In this document: positions 58,646-64,000 of the stretch, in pieces
Numbering within the stretch: position 1 is the first letter of the stretch
Layout of the letters: the number at the start of each line of letters is the position of its first letter
NCBI GenBank assembly: GCA_965372795.1
Contig: CBDVDR010000008.1
Location: 32,001-96,000 of the forward strand
Reading direction: 5' to 3'
DNA length: 64,000 nucleotides
DNA from: an uncultured bacterium
GTDB taxonomy: Bacteria; Zixibacteria; MSB-5A5; GN15; FEB-12
Program-made: the position numbers and the translations under genes
The notes under the pieces: model-generated
Database searches by the model: none
Told to the model about the DNA's origin: nothing
What the model saw: the letters and a program-made list of their open reading frames with translations, nothing else

Positions 58646-59691
58646 TGGCGGGATTGATTTTAAAAAATCTGTCAAAATCATTTGGAGACTTAAAAGTTCT
58701 CGACTCAATTAACTTAGAGTTAAACGAAGGTGAATTTTTAGTTCTATTGGGACCATCTGGGTGCGGTAAGTCTACCTGTTTACGATTGATTGCCGGGTTG
58801 GAAGATGTTGATGCCGGTGAAATTTATATTGGCAATCGTCAGGTCGAAAAAATTGAACCGAAAGATCGTAAAGTAGCAATGGTTTTTCAAAATTATTCCC
58901 TCTATCCCCACATGACGGTTGAAAAAAATCTTGCATTCCCGCTTAAGGTCGCCGGAGTTGCCTCGAAAACGATTAAAGAAAAAGTTATCAAAACCGCTGA
59001 GATGATCGGACTTTCAGATCGGCTTAAACACAAACCGAATCAACTCTCGGGCGGTCAAAGACAAAGAGTCGCTCTTGGGCGGGCTGTTATAAGGCAACCG
59101 GATATATTTTTACTTGATGAACCTCTTTCGAATCTGGATGCTGATTTGCGAATTAAGATGCGTCGAGAGATTGTCAGAATACAACAAGAATTAAATTGTA
59201 CAACAGTATATGTTACTCATGATCAGGAAGAAGCCTTATCAATGGGTGACAGAATTGCATTACTCGATAATGGTCATATAGTGCAATTTGACACCCCGGT
59301 TAAAATATATAATTATCCGGTTAATCTTTTTGCGGCCCAATTTATAGGTACTCCCAAAATCAATATTGTCGAAGCGATTGTTGAGGAAGCTACTATTCGC
59401 CCATTTGGAATAAATATTCCAACCGGGGTACGCAGGGGCAATTATAAAAAGCTGTTGTTAGGGGTGCGTCCTGATGCTATTAAAATTGATATAGACGGTT
59501 ATTATTCGGCGGTTGTGACTAGCTGTGAATTTGTTGGTGACAGCTATACCATTACCATTGAATATGATAACAATTTATTGACTGTGTCAAATTTGCAGGA
59601 ACCTAAATCAATTTCGGAGAATGTCAGGTTTACGATAAATACAGACGCAATTTTATATTTTGATCCCATTTCTAAAAAAAGCATAAATTAA
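58645..59691 (+). CDS. MalK/UgpC-type ABC transporter ATP-binding protein
   Basis: GPSGCGKST, MVFQNYSLYPHM, LSGGQRQRVALGRA, DEPLSNLD, VTHDQEEA, C-terminal TOBE. Confidence 0.95.
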   Translation: MAGLILKNLSKSFGDLKVLDSINLELNEGEFLVLLGPSGCGKSTCLRLIAGLEDVDAGEIYIGNRQVEKIEPKDRKVAMVFQNYSLYPHMTVEKNLAFPLKVAGVASKTIKEKVIKTAEMIGLSDRLKHKPNQLSGGQRQRVALGRAVIRQPDIFLLDEPLSNLDADLRIKMRREIVRIQQELNCTTVYVTHDQEEALSMGDRIALLDNGHIVQFDTPVKIYNYPVNLFAAQFIGTPKINIVEAIVEEATIRPFGINIPTGVRRGNYKKLLLGVRPDAIKIDIDGYYSAVVTSCEFVGDSYTITIEYDNNLLTVSNLQEPKSISENVRFTINTDAILYFDPISKKSIN

Positions 59692-59742
59692 GCTTTCGTT
59701 TTCAATTAATGGAAAAGCCCACTTAAACGTCTATTAAAGATA

Positions 59743-59770
59743 TTGACAAAAATTGTCAAAATGGTATATT
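59743..59770 (+). promoter_or_regulatory. Sigma70 promoter with palindrome over the -35 element
   Basis: TTGACA-N16-TATATT; inverted repeat TTGACA-AAAAT-TGTCAA. Confidence 0.55.
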
Positions 59771-59810
59771 TTACGATACTATATTTAACCAATAATCAGG
59801 GGGTAGTTCT

Positions 59811-62330
59811 ATGCGCGGAATTACTATCTTTTTTTTAACTCTAATTGTTATAGTGTCGTTTTCTGTTTTCGCAAAACCTCCGGAAGGCACTCAAACAAAT
59901 TTTACCAATCCAAGCAAATCAATAGATTCTGACACATACATCAATGCCAATAAGCTTTTGATGCTAACAACTAATGTTGGTTCTTTTGCTTATGATTTGG
60001 GGGGACTGTTCGGGAAAACGGATGGTCTTTATTATCCCTTTACATCATTGTCTGATATAACTTTCGGTTTTAACGACAGAACTCTTATCTATGCTGCCGG
60101 GCTGTGGCTGGGCAGTGTTGAGAATGGTATTGGTGACACGCTGATCGCATTGGCTGGATATTCGCAAGAGTATGTTCCCGGTCCTATGGTGGGCGGAACC
60201 TTTCAGCCCGATAACCCTTCTTTTAGGGTCTATAAACTTTACGCTGACAGTATGGCTGGCAACCCCAATCAGGATTATCTTGACTGGCCGGTTGATCAGG
60301 GGGCGCCGGTTGATGAATATGGCAATCCTGAACTAACCGGCGATCAAACGCTCTGGACAATTTTTAATGATGCTGATCCAAGCCAACATACTAACAATTC
60401 TGGTAAAACGGCACCACTTGGGGTTGAAGTTCACCAAAGAATTTGGGCTGTGGACGAACCAGGTATAATCGAAATCCCTCAACTTGATAGATTTTTATCT
60501 GCGGTTCACATTACCGGTGGTTCTCGCGGGACTGTAGGTGTGGAATTGGTTGAAATGGATCCGCTTATTGGTCACAGCTATATGGTTGTCTTTCGAGATG
60601 ATTTCACCTATGGTTTAGTGTGGGATTTAATTAATGTTTCAACCGGAATCACAATCCTTGAAAACCAAACCAATCAGTCAGGGGACGGTCTTTATGCGAC
60701 TGTCGAAGGAATAAAAGTCCATGTAGTAAGGGGAGCCGCCGGAGTTATTGACTGGAGTATTCCCAACGGCACCAGAAGATTTACCTGGGCTGGAGGAGCA
60801 GATGGTTTTGGATGGGAAGGATTTTTTGGCGCTATCGGATGGGGCGGTCCGGGAGATACTCATGGTTTTGGAGGATACGATCCGGTTCCTGAAGAATCCC
60901 TGATAAATGTTCTTTTGAAACTTGCCGAGGTTGATGTATATGGAAATTACGATCCTAATGACCCTAATGTATCATATGGATATCGTTATTTAAGAGGTGC
61001 AAATGGCCCTCCGGCTCGACCGGAATTTGTACCTTATATTATAAATCCTTCAAGCTATGGATTTCAGGCTTTCGAAAAGAATATTCCATTGTCAGCCTGG
61101 AATGTGAGTGTTAATCCACCAAAAAGATTAACAATGGGCTTTTTGGAAAATAATACTTTTAATGGTTTGGTTGATGGTAAGTATTTTCCGGGAAGCTATG
61201 TAGACTATGACAATGTTTCAAGTTTAGGACCTCGTGAATGGTTGTGGATATTTTTGGATGATTACTCTGAAACTCTCAATCCGGCTTATGCCTTAAACGC
61301 TATTGATGATCCAATGCCGATAATGTATTGGAGTACAGCCGCCAGAAGGGGTGATGTTCCCTTTAACACCGGTGATGAATTCCTGATAATTGCAGGTCCC
61401 GGTGAGTTGAACACACCCGCTGATACTTTTATTTTTACTGTGCCGGATGATGAGCCTTTGAGCTCGGGACCGGAAGGACTGTCAATTTATATTGAACATA
61501 AGATATTTAATAAAGGCGGGAAAAATCTGATCAACTGTTACGCCTCTATCTGGGCTGATCCGGATCTTGGTGATGCCGGTGATGATATGGTCGGTTGTGA
61601 TACGGTCTTAGATTTTGGCTATTGCTATAATGGCGATCCTTATGATGGTATTTATGACACTTATGTCCCGGCTGTCGGGTTTCAGGTCATTGAAAGTCCG
61701 GTTGTTTATACCGGGAATATTTATGATACGGCAAAATACTGGGGAACTGACTTAGTTAGATATGAAAATATTGGCATGACGGCTTTTTCAAAATTCATCA
61801 ATGGTACGGACCCTCAAAGTAAATTTGAGAGCTACTATTATATGCAGGGATTAAAGCAAGATGGATCTGATTATGTGGATGAGTTTGGTGTCACGACAAA
61901 ATTCCAATTTGCCGGTGATCCGGTAACCGGTACCGGTGCGGTTGATTTTGATCAGGCAGATCGAAGGATGTTTATAACTACCGGTCCGTTTAATTTGGGT
62001 ACGACTGACTCACTCTGTTTCACGGTCAAACTTGCCGTTGGACAGGGAACCGATTACCTTTCATCAATAACAGCCTTGCGGGATATATTTATGAACGACC
62101 CTGATGATTGCTGTATTATCAGAGGCGATTTAAATCATCTCGGCGGTGACTTGCCAATTGACATAACCGACCTGACATTTCTAATTGACTATATGTTCAG
62201 AGAGGGTGCGGCACCTTATTGTGATGAAGAAGCAGATCTTGATGATTCCGGTGAAATCGATATTTCTGATTTAACATTTTTAATTGATTTTATGTTTAGA
62301 GAGGGACCGGCGCCGGCGCCTTGTAATTAG
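59811..62330 (+). CDS. Large secreted protein with C-terminal double-Cys dockerin-like domain
   Basis: Signal peptide; C-terminus CCIIRGDLN...IDITDLTFLIDYMF...C..EADLDDSGEIDISDLTFLIDFMF...PC. Confidence 0.85.
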   Translation: MRGITIFFLTLIVIVSFSVFAKPPEGTQTNFTNPSKSIDSDTYINANKLLMLTTNVGSFAYDLGGLFGKTDGLYYPFTSLSDITFGFNDRTLIYAAGLWLGSVENGIGDTLIALAGYSQEYVPGPMVGGTFQPDNPSFRVYKLYADSMAGNPNQDYLDWPVDQGAPVDEYGNPELTGDQTLWTIFNDADPSQHTNNSGKTAPLGVEVHQRIWAVDEPGIIEIPQLDRFLSAVHITGGSRGTVGVELVEMDPLIGHSYMVVFRDDFTYGLVWDLINVSTGITILENQTNQSGDGLYATVEGIKVHVVRGAAGVIDWSIPNGTRRFTWAGGADGFGWEGFFGAIGWGGPGDTHGFGGYDPVPEESLINVLLKLAEVDVYGNYDPNDPNVSYGYRYLRGANGPPARPEFVPYIINPSSYGFQAFEKNIPLSAWNVSVNPPKRLTMGFLENNTFNGLVDGKYFPGSYVDYDNVSSLGPREWLWIFLDDYSETLNPAYALNAIDDPMPIMYWSTAARRGDVPFNTGDEFLIIAGPGELNTPADTFIFTVPDDEPLSSGPEGLSIYIEHKIFNKGGKNLINCYASIWADPDLGDAGDDMVGCDTVLDFGYCYNGDPYDGIYDTYVPAVGFQVIESPVVYTGNIYDTAKYWGTDLVRYENIGMTAFSKFINGTDPQSKFESYYYMQGLKQDGSDYVDEFGVTTKFQFAGDPVTGTGAVDFDQADRRMFITTGPFNLGTTDSLCFTVKLAVGQGTDYLSSITALRDIFMNDPDDCCIIRGDLNHLGGDLPIDITDLTFLIDYMFREGAAPYCDEEADLDDSGEIDISDLTFLIDFMFREGPAPAPCN

Positions 62331-62365
62331 TTTTGATTTATTAAAAATAAATCTTGAAAGGGAAT

Positions 62366-64000
62366 ATGATGAAACAATTATTGATAATATCGTTTTTGGT
62401 TTTTGTCATGGCATTTTCTGTTCTGGGAAAACAACCCGAAGGCGATCAAGACAAGATAATCAACTCAAATAAAGCACTTGATACCGACACATATATTAAT
62501 GCCAATAAATTATTGATGATGACTACCAATGTGGGGGTTTTCGCAACTGATATTAGTAGTATTTTCTATAAAACGGATGGGCTTTATTATCCTTATACAA
62601 ACACTTATGATATCATTTATGGACTAAACAATAACTCGGTTGTATATGCTGCCGGTATATGGTTTGGGGGAGTCGACAATAGCACTAATGATACGCTGGT
62701 AACGATTGCCGAATATAATGAAGAATATGTTCCCGGACCAATGGCGGGAGGTACTTTTCAACCGGATCAAGCTTCATTCAGAGTTTACAAACTTTATGCT
62801 GACAGCATGGAGAGCAATCCAAATCAGGACTATCTTGACTGGCCTGTTGATCAGGGTGCACCAGTTGATGAGCTTGGACGTCCTGAAATAACCGGTGATC
62901 AAATGCTTTGGACGGTGTTTAACGATGCTGATCCGGTTGCTCATCAAAATAATTCAGGAATGACAGCACCCAATGGGATAGAAGTTCAACAAAGAATTTG
63001 GGCGGTTGATCAAAGCGGGAGTATTGAGATACCATTAAATAATAAATATGATGCACAATTGATTTCAGGATCAACATTTGGACAAGTTTATGCTAATGTT
63101 GTTAATCCAGCGGCGTTGACAGGGCATACTTATATGGTTGTTTTTAAAGGTGATGTAATCAACGGAACAACCTGGGATTTAATTGACGTTACCCTTGGAC
63201 TTACAATTCTACCTAACCAGACTAACCAAAGCGGTGATGCGAATTATGCTATTATTGATGGATTAAAAGTAATTGTCACAGATTTACCCTGGGGAGTATC
63301 CGGCTGGAGTGTCCCAAGTGGAATAAGGAATTTTGCATCAATGAATGCAGATGGTTTTGAATGGGAAGGGTTTAATGGTGCCATAGGCTGGGGCGGTCCC
63401 GGTGATACTCATGGATTCGGTGTGTATGACCCGGTCCCGCTTAGTTCACTGAGTGATGTTCTTCTTAAGTTTGCAACAACTGATTTAAATGGTAATTTTG
63501 ATCCTAACGATCCGAATGTTTCTTTTGGATACCGATATTTGAGAAATGCTATGAACTCTCCAGCTCTCCCCGAGTTTGCACCCTATATTATAAACCATAC
63601 CTCAAGCTATGGATTTCAGATTTTCGAAAAAAATATTCCATTATCTGCCTGGAATGTTAGTGTTGACCCACCTCAAAGGTTAACAATGGGCTTTTTGGAA
63701 AATAATGTTGTGGGTGGTTTGGTTGATGGCAAGTATTTCCCGGGCTATTATGAATTTTATGACAATACTACAAGCGATGGACCTCGCGAATGGCTTTGGA
63801 TATATCTTGATGACTACTCCGAAACCCCAAATCCGGCTTATATGATAAATGCTATTGATGAACCGATGCCTATAATGTACTGGAACACGAGTAATAGGAG
63901 AAATGAGACTTTTAATACCGGTGATGAATTCAAAATATTTGGTGGACTTCATGTGATTAATCTGCCAACTGATACATTTGTGTTTACCGTACCCTCCTAT
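62366..64000 (+). CDS. Tandem paralog of the 59811 secreted protein (partial, runs off window; absent from ORF track)
   Basis: Own translation MMKQLLIISFLVFVMAFSVLGKQPEG...DTYINANKLLMMTTNVG; shares blocks such as NPNQDYLDWPVDQGAPVDE and GAIGWGGPGDTHGFG. Confidence 0.9.
   Translation, partial: MMKQLLIISFLVFVMAFSVLGKQPEGDQDKIINSNKALDTDTYINANKLLMMTTNVGVFATDISSIFYKTDGLYYPYTNTYDIIYGLNNNSVVYAAGIWFGGVDNSTNDTLVTIAEYNEEYVPGPMAGGTFQPDQASFRVYKLYADSMESNPNQDYLDWPVDQGAPVDELGRPEITGDQMLWTVFNDADPVAHQNNSGMTAPNGIEVQQRIWAVDQSGSIEIPLNNKYDAQLISGSTFGQVYANVVNPAALTGHTYMVVFKGDVINGTTWDLIDVTLGLTILPNQTNQSGDANYAIIDGLKVIVTDLPWGVSGWSVPSGIRNFASMNADGFEWEGFNGAIGWGGPGDTHGFGVYDPVPLSSLSDVLLKFATTDLNGNFDPNDPNVSFGYRYLRNAMNSPALPEFAPYIINHTSSYGFQIFEKNIPLSAWNVSVDPPQRLTMGFLENNVVGGLVDGKYFPGYYEFYDNTTSDGPREWLWIYLDDYSETPNPAYMINAIDEPMPIMYWNTSNRRNETFNTGDEFKIFGGLHVINLPTDTFVFTVPSY

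Overview
AT-rich bacterial chromosomal window containing the replication origin (dnaA-dnaN-recF, with DnaA boxes on both sides of dnaA). The double-Cys dockerin-like C-terminal module of the large secreted protein at 59811 suggests candidate phylum Zixibacteria or another FCB-group lineage (inference, not a database result). Most content is housekeeping or envelope: AmmeMemo B-A fusion, NfeD/SPFH, Wzi/WcaJ/SLBB polysaccharide export, bshB1, CBS-CGL transsulfuration, greA, a TPP-riboswitch TonB receptor plus Na+ symporter, rex, alr, yggS-divIVA-pnp, pepF, ileS-dksA-lspA and mrp. Main signals, several of them not in the ORF track: (1) a poly-Cys leader peptide (MIKLFRKHISCCCCCNKKDRNMS) with antiterminator and terminator forming a classical attenuator ahead of the CBS-CGL operon; (2) two adjacent candidate selenoproteins with in-frame UGA and SECIS-like hairpins in a DUF302/OsmC/thioredoxin run; (3) a Panacea antitoxin plus RelE-like partner, bracketed by diverged ~180-bp inverted repeats and REP clusters; (4) two sigma54 promoters sharing tandem palindromic enhancer sites; (5) two apparent pseudo-enzymes; (6) tandem paralogous secreted proteins, the first ending in a dockerin-like tail. 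All family calls come from motif recognition by eye; no searches were run.
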